A stretch of 64,000 nucleotides of DNA, taken from the NCBI GenBank assembly GCA_001179505.1, contig CDMY01000369.1, forward strand, positions 33,935 to 97,934, given 5' to 3'. Made by a program: the position numbers and the translations under genes. Shown here piece by piece: positions 34,482 to 46,600 of the stretch. This DNA is from Vitrella brassicaformis CCMP3155. Its lineage: Eukaryota; Protista; Chromerida. Every line of letters begins with the position of its first letter. Within the stretch, counting starts at the first letter, position 1. The notes beneath the pieces were generated by a model. That model did no database searches. It was not told the DNA's origin and saw nothing but the letters and a program-made list of their open reading frames with translations.

Positions 34482-37400
34482 ATGGACACCGTTACTGTTG
34501 CGGTGCTGCAGGCCCTGCAACCATCAAAGGCCGCGACGAAGCGGCCGAGCTTGTTCGAGCAGTCTCTCCTGCCAGCCAGCATTGCCGACGGCGACTCGCA
34601 GCATCTGTCTGACCCTGCTCTCCCTCCGACGGTCCGGACGCTCTCAGCACGCAAATCGGCACGTCTGACTGAGATCCTCGTCAAGGAGATACAGGACCGG
34701 GTGCTCGGCCCAGACAAGGACCATCATGCAGACGACAAGCGGCACAGCGTGGCCACTCGGCCATCCGTCGGCGGCGAGATCCCCTCTCTCGCGCAGCGGA
34801 GGAGCGTCGGCAAGAGAGCGACGCATGCATCGCTCATCAGTGCAGCCACATCCCATGGGAAGCGGCAGTCGAGAGGGGACTCCCTTTGGGTGTCGCAGCG
34901 GGCCTCAGTCTCCTCCACTTTGGCAAGAGACGAGGCTCAGCCTGGCGAGGAGGGGAGCGGTGAAGATGCCCAAGGTGCCGAGGAGCGGCGGGTTGATGAG
35001 GTGGAGGCAGGCTCAAGCCGACTTTTTGAGATATTCGCTCAAGTGGCGGAGGAGACATCCACTGAATGCAGAGTGAGCCGGCAAGAGACATGGAGAGATG
35101 AAATCCGCAAGAGGCGTGTTTCTGTTTGTAGGAGCGGGGTGACCTTCTGCGGCAGCTGATGAACAGCCTCTCCCGGATGTTTGATGAGCTGATTATGTCG
35201 GTGCGATCGCTGAACAAGGAGAAGAGGGAGCTGTTGCAGGACCACAGCAGCAGAGCAGACGAGCTGGCGCGGACCAAGGAAATGTGCGACAACCTCTACT
35301 CCGTCAACCAGACTCTAAAGAAGGAGCGAGCGACAATGACCCTCACGCTCACCCGCGTGGAACAAAAGGCAGGCAGGCCACACGAGGCCACCCCTACCGG
35401 CGTTGAACTGTCTGTCATGCTTGTCTGTCTGTCTGTCTCGTGTGTGCAGTATGACGAGGGCCAGTGGGAGATAGGCGAGCTCATGGCCTCCCTACAGGCA
35501 GCAAGGGTATGCAGACAGCCATCTCCATCACATAAATATATGTGCATCCTCGTTCCTGTCTCGCCTCTGGGTTGGTTAGGAGGAGGCTCGCGGCTTGCAG
35601 GCGGCGCTCAACCTCTCCCTGGCAGAGAAGGAGGCCGCCCGACGAGCGGCCGTCGACGTCGGCACCGACCCACTGATGCCATTCAGCAGCTTCACCACAT
35701 CCTTGGTGCCGCCAACCGCCACTCTCCCAGTGCTTGACGAGGCCATGCCGGACATCGTTCCACCGACATCGATGCCGTCCATTGAGATCCCCGCTTTCGT
35801 CAGCCCTGTATACGACACAGATGACGGCGAAGAGGAGCAGCAGCGGCCCACTTCTGGCGCACCAGAGGCTCCTATCGTCGATGCTGATCGCTCAGCGGGA
35901 GACCGCAAGGAGGATGTCCGAGAAGAGGCCCCAGGTATGCACGAGGACAGCACCATGGTGGAAGCACCCCCTGCTTCTGAGGACACCGTCAAGGAGACCC
36001 AGCAAAGGACTCTCGCCCATCAAGTGGTTGAAGCGATTGTGAGCCACGTGCTGGAGACACTTCCTCTGCCAGCAAAGCCTGCAGCTTTGGCCGATGGGGG
36101 AGCTCAGACAGCATCTGTGGAACTGCCATCGCTCCCCGACGGCAGTAGTGGGCTTATCGACGAGCGCAGGGGCAGCCCCGAGATTATTGCTGAGGCGCCG
36201 ATCAGCCATGAAGAGGGAGAGGATGAACATCATGAGACAGCCGCGGCATCACATTTTGCCGCCGAGACACAGCGGGAGACTGAACCAGGCGTGGAGGCGG
36301 AGGCTGCCGCAGAGCAGCCAGCTGCCCCGGCGCGTGCAGAGCCCCCTCAGGTGGACCGGTTTGCTCCGAGAGTGCCAGCAGAGGTGCCAGCTATAGCTGC
36401 TGCTTCAGAAGATGCAGGAGACATATCCCCTGCGAGGGTTGAGAGGAGTCCTGTAAGGCGACCCATTTCCCACACACTTCCAGCAGGTATTGGTGGCGGG
36501 ATAGATGTCGACGAGGCGGATGAGCTCTCGGCTGTTGGAACCGAACGACAAGCTATCAGCGAAGTCCAAGGGGAAGGGCGAGCCATCAGCGAGACTGAAG
36601 GGCAGGCTATCAGCGAGATGGAAGAATCTGCTGTAAGCGAGATGGAGGAAGCTGAGGAGGAGCATTGGGCGACTGAGCCCTCAATCCAGCCAGCCACCGC
36701 TGTGCCACCACTCAGCCTCCCGGCCGTCTCAGGGCGCCCCGCCCAAGCCACCGTCAAGCCACCTGCAGAGAAGAGGAGACCAACTGAAGAGGCCATCTCC
36801 CCTGATGAGAAGACCCGGGCCCTAGAGCGCGTCAAGAAACGTGTTAAGGAGCACTCGGTCAAGATCGTTGCCCACCCAGACGTTCCCAGCAGCAGCGCGC
36901 CCATGACCAGCCGTTCTGCTAACGAGAGCCTTCACGCAGCCCGTATGGGTTGGACGTCTCAGGGCTGGGACGACCTGGACATCGAGATGCAGTCGGAGAC
37001 CATGAGGCGGCCGCTGAAGATCGAGGTGTCCATTGCGCGGGGGCCTGGGGTGCACAGCCAGTTCACGCTCCATCGGCCCTCGCGCGAAGAGGTCTGTGAG
37101 GCTTTCACGATGGCCACGCACAGGGGGGAGGGCGACACGGTCCCATCAGGGCAGCGAGCCCTTCCCGCCCTCCCCACCAACCTCACGACCGCAGCGGATC
37201 AGCTCTTCAGCTCGAGCCTGAGGAGTGGCCTTCACGTGTCGCCGAGGCCGAGCGCCCCGCCCTCCCCTGGCCGGACATCTGCTGGGGGGAAGGGGGAGAT
37301 CTCGATGCTGAAGCTTGACAAATTGGTTGCTCTGATTAACCAAATCTTTGAAGCAAGAAGCAACCAGGAGGCCAGGTGAGGGCTGGGATGGGGGAGAAGG

Positions 37401-39148
37401 GGGAGTGCAATGATGCCTGACTGATGTCGTCGAAATAGGCTGCCCACTGCTCGCCCTCTCCCGCCCTTCGCCCAGTTCGTGGGTAAGTAAACAAAGGAAC
37501 GGCAGACTGGTCGCCTGTCACAGTGGATATCTTTTGTGTGTATGATGGATGCAGGTAATTTCTTCAAGACGAAGCACGGGTCCCTCCCTGCTGTGCTCGA
37601 AGAGAAAATCAAACAGCTCAGGCAGTCTGTCCAGCAACACTGCCTCGCACCAAACGCTGTACGCCACCAAAACAAGTCAGTCTCCCGATTTCACACATGG
37701 AATGTGTTCCCTTCCTGTGTGCAGCACCCTGTGATAAGACACTTCCACGACTTTGTGGCTCGGTCGTCCACAGCCGAGGTGACGGTGTATCTGTGGCTGC
37801 GGCGGCTGGTGAGGCGGCTGGCCGTCAGCCCGCAGACCTTCACTGGGCCCCCGCCAGTGGAGAGCTTCAAGCCGGGCACCTCACACCCACACAAGGCCGT
37901 CTCGTCCGTCTGGGACAGCGAGAGCGGCAGCCCCACCTCATCCCCCGTCTCGCCCACGTCACCCGACCATGCCAATGAGCCACCCTCCCTGGCTCAGGTG
38001 ACGGCAGACGCTCAGGAGATGATGCGAATCAAGGCCTTGGAATACGAAGCTGAGGGAAAGGGAGAGACACATGAGGGCGAGGCAGCAGCGGTTGGCACCG
38101 TGGTGCCGGTTGCGGCAGCGACGCGGGCAGTGGCCATCATGTTTGGGTCGACGCCCCTGCACGCCATCGTGCTTGGCATCCTGTCTGGCCATGGCCATGG
38201 CCACGCGCAGGGAGAGGCTGCGGGCGCTGGTGCGGGTGTGCCGCTGGATGTGGTGCTCGACTTGTGCATGGAGGGGTGGCGGGCCAGCAAGGCCGCTGAT
38301 GACAGCGACGCATTCGAACTCGCCACCAGTGCATTCGCACGGGTAAGTAAGTCAGGAGGCACAAGGCATACGAGACAGACAGGGCCGATAGATACACACG
38401 AACGCGGTGAATGCCTTTGTCTGTCTCGTCCATAGGTCGATCGTTACAGCCGCGGTCTGCTGTCTCCTGGAGAGCTGATGCAGGCCCTCGCCATTCTGCC
38501 GGTGCAGCTAGTGCCGCCGCAGCCCTTGACGGAGTCCCACCACGACATGAGCCACTTCACGACTGCCGTCCAGGCAGCTATGGCCAAGATGCCGCCCGTC
38601 AGGGTGGCAGTCAAGGCCCCCGCAGCAGCAGGAGCAGTGGACAGCAGGGCGGCGGATGAGGTCATTGAGTGTCTGTTGGGGCTCTTCCAGCAGCTGACCC
38701 CCACACTGAACCACTTCCTTAACGCACTCGTACACAGCGAAAGGAGCGGCGACGTGGTATGGTATGCCCACAAACACCAACAGACAGACAGACAGGGAGA
38801 GACATGCTCACTCAGCTCACATCCACACACATACCATACCACATACAGGTGTTCTGCCGGGAGCTGTCCCGCCATTCGAGAGCCTTCACTTTGGCAGTAA
38901 GGGAGCGGGACGTCTGTGAGGCCCTGCGGAGCTTCCGCCAGCTGCTGATCAATCTGCTGGCCTTCCAGAGCGACCACCATGTGGAGGAGGGTGTGGTGCC
39001 GGTGAGGGATGAGGTCATGCGGGAGGCCTCTGGGCTGATATCGGTGTTGAAAGCCATGTGGCGCCAGAGCAGGGAGTGGGAGAGCAGTGGGAGGGGCGGC
39101 CGCACCATGGGGGCATACGATGAGGTGCTGGAGACGATGCCCAGATGA
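34482..39148 (+). CDS. Large coiled-coil / acidic low-complexity protein with helical C-terminal region (weak resemblance to TSNAXIP1-like/EF-hand-like ciliary proteins)
   Basis: Long ORFs (34482-35159, 35159-35370, 35595-37379, 37536-38435, 38478-38900, 38759-39148) are separated by intron-like segments. The coiled coil is LNKEKRELLQDH..ELARTKEM. The family assignment is weak. Confidence 0.6.
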
Positions 39149-40104
39149 GATGATGGAGTAGCTATACTGTTGGCATAGTGGGTTTGGCTTTGGTGGCGCG
39201 GTGTGTGCAGTCCAGTGCACGTGTGTGCGTGTCGGTCATCGGTCAATGTCTGTCTGTCAATTACTGGTATGGTAGGTATATCCATCTTTGTATACGGCTC
39301 TCTCTTGAAGGATGCGCTGTGCTGTGTCTCGGCATGCGCACACGTAGAGTAGAGTCAATCACATTATGAACGAATTGCAGTCAGTCAGTGGATCGGATCG
39401 GTGGGCTTACAGGACAGAACCGCCACCGCCACCGCCACCACCAGCACTAGCGGCAGCAGCACTAATCTCTCCCCACGCCCATGTCATGTGTATGCCTCGA
39501 GTCCATCCATCCATCCATTCCATACGTAGCAAAATGGTTGATCGATTATGACAAGTTATGAAATCACCCTCTACACAACCATCCATCCATCCATCCAACT
39601 ACACTTACACACACATGGGAAGAAAGAAACACTGGCGCATCGCGGAGTGAGTGTTATGTCCTGTTGTGATAGCCATGTCGAATGGAAAAAGACGACGAGA
39701 GCTGGGCGTGGCGTATTATGTGTGGGAGAGAGGAAGACCCTGCCCTGTACAGCAAGTGCATTCCCCCATGAAAACCGTCTGGCTGGCCGCCTTGTCTTAC
39801 TCTCTTAGTCAACACTGTGTGTGTGTGGGCTATTCGGGCTCGATCAGTCACAGAAAAGATGGATGCCAATTCAGGAAGGAAGCGCAGAAAAGATCGATGT
39901 GGGGAGGGAGGTGCAACGACAAAGAAGGCAGGATACACGCAGCTGGCTGATCGACCGTACCGTAGCGTAGCAGCAAGCAAAAGTGTGTAGTACTTACCGG
40001 CACATCGATCATGTATTGACCCTCCCTCCCACTCATGTTATGTGAATGCAGAAAGCCAAGCAAGGAAGGAAGAGAGCTAGGCAGGCAGGCAGGCAGGCCA
40101 GCAG

Positions 40105-41514
40105 TTAGAACGCCTTGGTGAATGCCTCGCTGACGATGTGTCGCACTACGTGCTGCCCCTCCCCCTGCACATCGAGCTTCCCGTGCCACACGATGTTAGT
40201 GTGGGCCCTCAGAAACGACGGGAAGAACACCACATACCGCCGCCAGTGCAGCGTGTTGAGCCGCTGCAGCATCTGACGCACGTGTGCCGACCGCCCCGAG
40301 TCGTCCCACGTCCGGAACGGCTCGCGATCCCACACACGACACGCCAGGTCGAGACGCTCTGTCGGCACCTCCACTGGCCGGCCCTGCACATACCAACACA
40401 CACAGCACAGAGAGAGGAGGAAGAGACCAATGCATTCATTGACAGCAGTCGTGTGCAGTGAAGGGGGCTCCACTGCACTGCATGTCTGTCCTTGGCGTAC
40501 CGGCAGCATCTTGGCTTGCTCGGCGAGGTCCTTGGGTATGTCGTCGAGCAGTAGAGCGGTCCTGCATCCGACGAGGGGGTCGTTGGCGAGATTGCCGTAG
40601 GCCACCAGGTTGTTGAACCTCGCCATGGCCATGAGGCTCTTTGCCTCAGTGAGCGTCAGCAGCCGGTCATTGTTGACCAGCAAATCCGACCCGGTCCGCC
40701 GCTTCAGGATGTGGGCACCCACACGCACCGCGGGGCTGCACTCGCGAATCCCCACGTGGGGCGTCGCTATCGAGATGAAGTTCTTCAGCGACTTGTCGAG
40801 CAGGAAGCCGTTCCTCTCGAGACGCACCACACACGCTCGGGCGATGACGCCGCCGAACGAGTGGCCGATGAACGATATGGCGCTGTCGGGCAGCACGTGG
40901 TCCTGCACGAACAGCGCCAGCCGCGACGCACAGGCGTCGACGCCCTCGCTGGTGCGGCCGACGTTGACGCTGGGGATGAGGACACACACCTCCGGATGCC
41001 TGGCCTTGAGCTGGGCATGTACGTTGGTCCAGTCGGTCTCGTCCCCGTCCACACCATGCACCAGCACCACAAAGTGCCGGTGCACCAGGGCTCTCTTCCT
41101 AGGCCGCCTGATCTCCAGAAAGTCCGTTGTGAAGCCGCCGACATGCACAGGCTCGTACTGCTTGTCGACGTCCTCAACCCAGTCCCCAATCGTGCGCGAC
41201 AGCGGCGCGTCTGAGCGGACCCGGTGCAGTACTGGCGGCTTGACGTCGCCGATTCTCGGGCCGCTGGTTGGGCTGGCGTCCTGGGAGTGGCTGCGCTCTG
41301 GGTCAGACGAGGGGGGCGAGGTGTGTGAGCCGGGGAGGGATGTGGTGGACTCTGAAGGGACGTGTGTGTGCTCGGCGATGTCGGCGTCGAGTTTGGCGCC
41401 CAGCTTCTCCACCTGATGAACACACAGCACAGCGGCACGTAAGTACCCTCCGTCATCACCATCTGTGTCAGTCAGAGGGGTGTGAATCAAATCACTGACC
41501 TCTGTGAGTGCCAT
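40105..41514 (-). CDS. DUF676 putative serine esterase/lipase (alpha/beta hydrolase)
   Basis: HFVVLVHGVDG, SFIGHSFGGVIAR (GxSxG nucleophile elbow), NFISIATPHVG, YGNLANDPLVG. Confidence 0.88.
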   Translation of the reverse strand: MALTEVSDLIHTPLTDTDGDDGGYLRAAVLCVHQVEKLGAKLDADIAEHTHVPSESTTSLPGSHTSPPSSDPERSHSQDASPTSGPRIGDVKPPVLHRVRSDAPLSRTIGDWVEDVDKQYEPVHVGGFTTDFLEIRRPRKRALVHRHFVVLVHGVDGDETDWTNVHAQLKARHPEVCVLIPSVNVGRTSEGVDACASRLALFVQDHVLPDSAISFIGHSFGGVIARACVVRLERNGFLLDKSLKNFISIATPHVGIRECSPAVRVGAHILKRRTGSDLLVNNDRLLTLTEAKSLMAMARFNNLVAYGNLANDPLVGCRTALLLDDIPKDLAEQAKMLPVRQGQTCSAVEPPSLHTTAVNECIGLFLLSLCCVCWYVQGRPVEVPTERLDLACRVWDREPFRTWDDSGRSAHVRQMLQRLNTLHWRRYVVFFPSFLRAHTNIVWHGKLDVQGEGQHVVRHIVSEAFTKAF

Positions 41515-41805
41515 TCGAGTGCGGCGTCGGCGTCTACAGGCGGCGCTACGCCAGTTCACAGCCACATTGCTGTTCCAACAACACGCCTTCGCCGCCTTGG
41601 CCTCCAGTGCGACAGTCAGCAACGAGAGCAGCACAGTAAGCAAGAGGGTGTACAAGACAAACGGACGGCCCGCCACTGTGCTGCTCCCAGAACTGTGGCG
41701 GGACAGACAACGAAGCTGCTGGCAGGCTCACAGCTATGGGTGTAGGGTTGTGGGGTCTAGGGTTTCTTGAACCCTGATTGATTCACGCCCCGCCACGTGC
41801 GTCAG

Positions 41806-43270
41806 ATGCGGGCGAGCTGTTCTCTCCTCTGGATCTGCGTCATCAGCTGCGCATCTTTCCATCCCACTTGTGCCTCAGCCCCTTTCGACTTCCTGGGAAC
41901 CTGCCTCTTCCCTTACGGGTACATCTTCAACGACACCAAGGTGGGCGGCCTGTCGGGCCTGGCATACCGGCCCGACACGGACCGTTTCTACGCCATCCCC
42001 GACGAGCGCCATGACCCTCATTTCCACCGCATCGCCATTGACGTACACAACGGCAAACTGGAGGATGGACGAGTCACGTTCGACCAGGTGGTGCGGCTCG
42101 GCGAGAGCGCCATCGGTGCATCTGGGCAGCATTTCGATCCTGAGGGTATTGGCTGGCTTGGCGACCGGCTGGCGGTGTCGACTGAGCCGCACTATGTGAG
42201 GGATCTGTCGTCGCCTCTGCAGTGGGTGCAGGGGCGGATTATCGAGGTGGACGAGGGCGGAGAGTGGCTGGACGACCTCACGTTGCCGCACTTGCTCACC
42301 AGCACAGGGGAGGGTGGCCCTGGCAACAATCTGGGCTTCGAAGGCCTGTCGGTACCCCGGCCCTTATCATCCACCAACACGACCAACACGACCTCCGGAC
42401 ACCCGCAGCAAGACAGCCCTTACCGCTCTATCTGGGCGTGTCCCGAGTCAGCTCTGGTCCAGGACGCAGTGGCGCAAGGCAGCGAGGCCTCCCTGCCCCA
42501 AAGCGCCCTGGCGGCCCTCTCGCACACGGCCAGCGGTGCCGACTATAAGGATGGGGACGTCCGCACTGCAGTCCGGCTGATGGAGTTCCGACAGCGGGAC
42601 GACGGCGCAGGAGGAGAGTGGCAACTGAATGGCATGTGGCGGTACGACGTGTCGGCGGCGTCTGAGCTGAAGATGCCATCCGACGACAGGGTGATGCTGC
42701 AGGGCGTGACCGAGGTTGAGGTGCTCATGCCACCGGAGGGAGAAGGGGAGGGGGACGGGAGGCGGCCGATTGTCATGGTGCTTGAGCGGGCCTACACGCG
42801 ACGGTGGAAGGCGGACGAGGACGGCGAGGAGCAGGGGAGGTACGGCATCCACCTGTACGCCGTCATGCCGCCGCTGCAGAGGGAGGGCAGGAGCATTGCC
42901 GACTGCTGGAGCCTGCTGCAGGACTGCTATGACGTCCCCGCACTGACCAAAGTGCACCTGATTGACTTCCAGACAGACCTCGCCGACAAACATGGTGTTG
43001 AGGTGAGTGAACCACAAACCCACAGAGAGAGAGCGTCGGGGGCTGGCTGGCCACGGCATCCATCGTACCTACCTTGTGTGTGGTCAGCTGGACAACTATG
43101 AAGGGATGGCGCTGGGGCCCGTTCTGCCCGACGGTCGGCGGACTCTGGTGCTGGTCAACGACGACAACTTCAACCCCAAGCAGATCGGCACGCAATTCAT
43201 CGCACTCGCGTTCAGCCTGGAGGACATGTACGAGTACGTCGAGAGTGAGATCAAAAACAAGGCCATCTAA
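41806..43270 (+). CDS. Secreted esterase-like activity of phytase (phytase-like beta-propeller) protein; one intron at about 43003-43087
   Basis: Signal peptide; VGGLSGLAY, FDPEGI, NNLGFEGL, VMVLER and DNYEGMALGPVLPDGRRTLVLVNDDNFN family motifs. Confidence 0.88.
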
Positions 43271-43695
43271 TCTAGCCGGGCAGGCAGCGAAGAGAAGGAA
43301 GGTGCCCACTGACTGACAGCGAATGAATGTGATGCGATGTGATGTGATGTGAAGTGGCAAATAATGTGCATATAGCTAACAGGATGGATGCGATATATGC
43401 GTGATGAATGAGATTTTGGTAGGGGAGGGAGGTGTTTTGTCTGTGTTGTGTCTGTACAGATCGAGGGGAGGGAGGGAGGGAGGTGGGTGGGTGGGGAGAT
43501 TGGTTTGGAGGCGCGGCATATCGTGCAGAACAATGCAATAAGACCCCAGCTGTGACACCAGCGCCCTTCCTCCTCCCCGAGATCTCGCGGCCAGCCTTTG
43601 CGGCCAAGAAGAAAACTGCCTGCGAGCTTAGAATGTTGGAAGGACCCCACGACCAACTGATTTGAGAGGGCTGATCTGCCTTGTCCACCTTGTGC

Positions 43696-46600
43696 ATGAT
43701 GCAAGGGAACGGCGTGGTTGGGATCCGCCGTGAAGACAAGACAGTCTGGGAGAGGAGGGCGCCACTGACGCCGCAACACGTCAAGCAGCTCAAGGATGAG
43801 GGAGTCACAGTGATCATCCAGCCATCCACAAAGCGCGCGTTCACTGACCATGAGTACGAAGCAGCCGGAGGAATCATCCGAGAGAATCTCTCCGGAGCAG
43901 CGACCATCATCGGTACATACGGGCACACACGCATAATCGATCACAGTGATGGGATCATTGGAAGGCAGGCAATTCATAATGAACGAATGAATCATTTTGT
44001 GCTTCGTTCATTCTTCACTGCTTCACTGCTTCATGTGTGTATGTGTGTATGTGTGTGTGCAGGTGTGAAGGAGGTGCCAGCGCACAAGCTGCTGCCTCAC
44101 CGGACATACCTCTTCTTCAGCCACACCATCAAGGGTCAGCTGGACAACATGCCTTTGCTCGACAGCATCCTCGAGAAGCGCGTCCGGCTCCTCGACTACG
44201 AGTGCATCACTCAAGGCGGCCTTCGCGGCGGCCAAAGGCTGGTGGCCTTCGGATCTTATGCCGGCGTGGCCGGAATGATCGATTTCATGTGAGTGAGTGA
44301 TTTGAGTGACAGCGCCACACACAGAGACGCAGATAGATGCCGATGGATGGATGGATGTTTTGACACATACATCATTCAGGCACGGTCTCGGCAAGCGCTA
44401 CCTGATGTTTGGCTACGCGACGCCCTTTTTGCATGTGGCCCCGTCCTACACTTACGCCAGCGCCAAGGACGCCAAACAGGCCGTGGACCGCATCGCAGCC
44501 GACATCAGGCGATACGGACTTCCCGCCGACGTCTGCCCCATGACATTCGTGTACACAGACACTCTGCAGAGGGGCCTTCACACGTGCACATTGTGTGTAT
44601 GGGATTGTTGCTGTGTGTCTGACAGGTTCACAGGGACAGGGAACGTGTCCAAGGGCGCCCAGGAGATCGTGCGTCTTCTCCCCCACTCTTTCATCGACCC
44701 CGAGCAGCTGCCCGCCCTGTTCGAGAGCCCCCCGGCCGACTGCACCACCCAGGTGTACGCTGTCCTCACCACAGCTCAGCACTTCGTGCAGCGGGCAGAT
44801 GGCGGGCCATTTGACAAGGTCAGACACACATAGATACACAACCCAGCAAAGCCGGTCAGTCGACTGGTTTCGTTCCCTTTGTGTGTGTGCCCTTCCTTGT
44901 GCAGCAAGCGTACTATGCTCATCCCGAGCTGTATCGACCAGTGTTCCATTCCACCATCCTGCCTTTCACGAGTGTGCTCATCAATGGCATATACTGGGAG
45001 CGGCGTTATCCCCGCATTGTGTCCAACGAGCAGCTGCGACATCTCAATCGGCAGGGCGGAGGTCCGTTCGGCGGGCTCCGGCTTGTTGGTGTGTGCGACG
45101 TCACGTGTGACCTCGAAGGCAGTGTGGAGTGTCTCAAGAAGACCACACTCATCGACCAGCCATTCTTCGTCTACAACCCAGAGACCGAGGAGTGCATCGA
45201 CGGTCGGCCCATCCATCCATCCATCCATCAACCCGTATACCTACCTGTCCATCTGTCCATGGCTGTGTTCAGGCGTCCGTGGCGACGGCATCTTGATGCT
45301 GGGTGTGGACCAATTGCCGACCGAGTTCGCCACCGACGCCACGCAGTACTTCGGTGACCGCCTGCTGCCCTTCATCAAGCCCCTGGCCTTCTCGGACGGC
45401 ACCGTGCCATACGAGGCCATCACCGACCTCCCCGCCCCCCTCAAGGGCGCGTGCATCGCCATGGATGGCAAGCTGACGCCGTTGTTTGAGTATATTGCCA
45501 AGGAGCGGATGGTGACCGCGAGGGCGGCAGCTCAGAAGCAGCAGATGGACCACCGGCTAGACCTATCGGCGCCGCAGCTGGTGGTGGGGCTGGAGGGGCA
45601 TCTGTTCGACAGCGGCCTCATTAACCACGCGCTTGACCTACTGGAGCAGTCGCATGTGCAGTTCTCCGTACTCGACTTCAGACTCGGTGAGGGAAAACGG
45701 TCTGTCTATCTGTCCGTGTGCATCGTACTGTCCATTGTGGCCTGTCTTGTTTGTTTTCTTCAGGTATGGACACTGCCAACAAGTCGTTTGTGGCCCTCTC
45801 CCTCGTCGCAGAGAGGAAAAGGCTCCTGGTCAGCCAACCGGCCCCGCCACGCCCAGCCAGCCACACTGGTGCCTCCCTCTGTGCTTCTGTCTGTGTGTTT
45901 GCCAGACTGACGTGGTGAAGGAGCTGACAGCGCTGGCGGGGACGTTCCCCTTCCGCAATGCCGAGGCGTCGGTGGTGCAGCTCAAGTACACGGGCGACCT
46001 CTCACGCAAACCCAAGAAACTCCTGCCGTCCAGACCGCCCTCTCAGCAGCTTCTCATGGATTATCCGTCGTCTGTCGCACACGAATTCTCGTACCACATC
46101 CTGCTGCTGGGCGCAGGTACATCCAATCCACACACAGAGAGAGACGCCACACACACACGAGCTTTTGCGGTGCGGTGCGGTGTGTGGACGTAGGCATGGT
46201 GGCTGGTCCGCTTGTGGAGTATCTGTTGCGCAAGGGGGACTACAAGATGACCATCTGCAGTGTGCTGCTCGACGAGGCGCAGGCGCTGGCGTCACGACAC
46301 ACCAAGGCCACGCCCATGCAGCTCGACCTCAGCGAGGAGGCCGGCATGGACCGACTCAAGACGCTCGTCTCCGCGGCAGACGTGTGCGTGTCGCTCGTCC
46401 CCGCCCACCTGCACCCACTGGTCGCAGACATCTGCATCCAGCAGAAGAAACACTTGGTGACGGCCAGCTATGTGTCGCCACAGATGCAAGCCCTGCATGG
46501 TGAGTCTAGTGTGTCAAAGGGATGTCCTGAGGACATAGCAATACCATCCCACTCGCTGCATGCGTGTCGATTGCGTCAGATCGTGCTGTGGGTGCGGGCG

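Noticed and set aside
10632-43270. Phosphate-regulon cluster (SPX fusion plus phytase-like gene)
   Set aside because: They are 28 kb apart with about 10 unrelated genes between them; there is no evidence of linkage.
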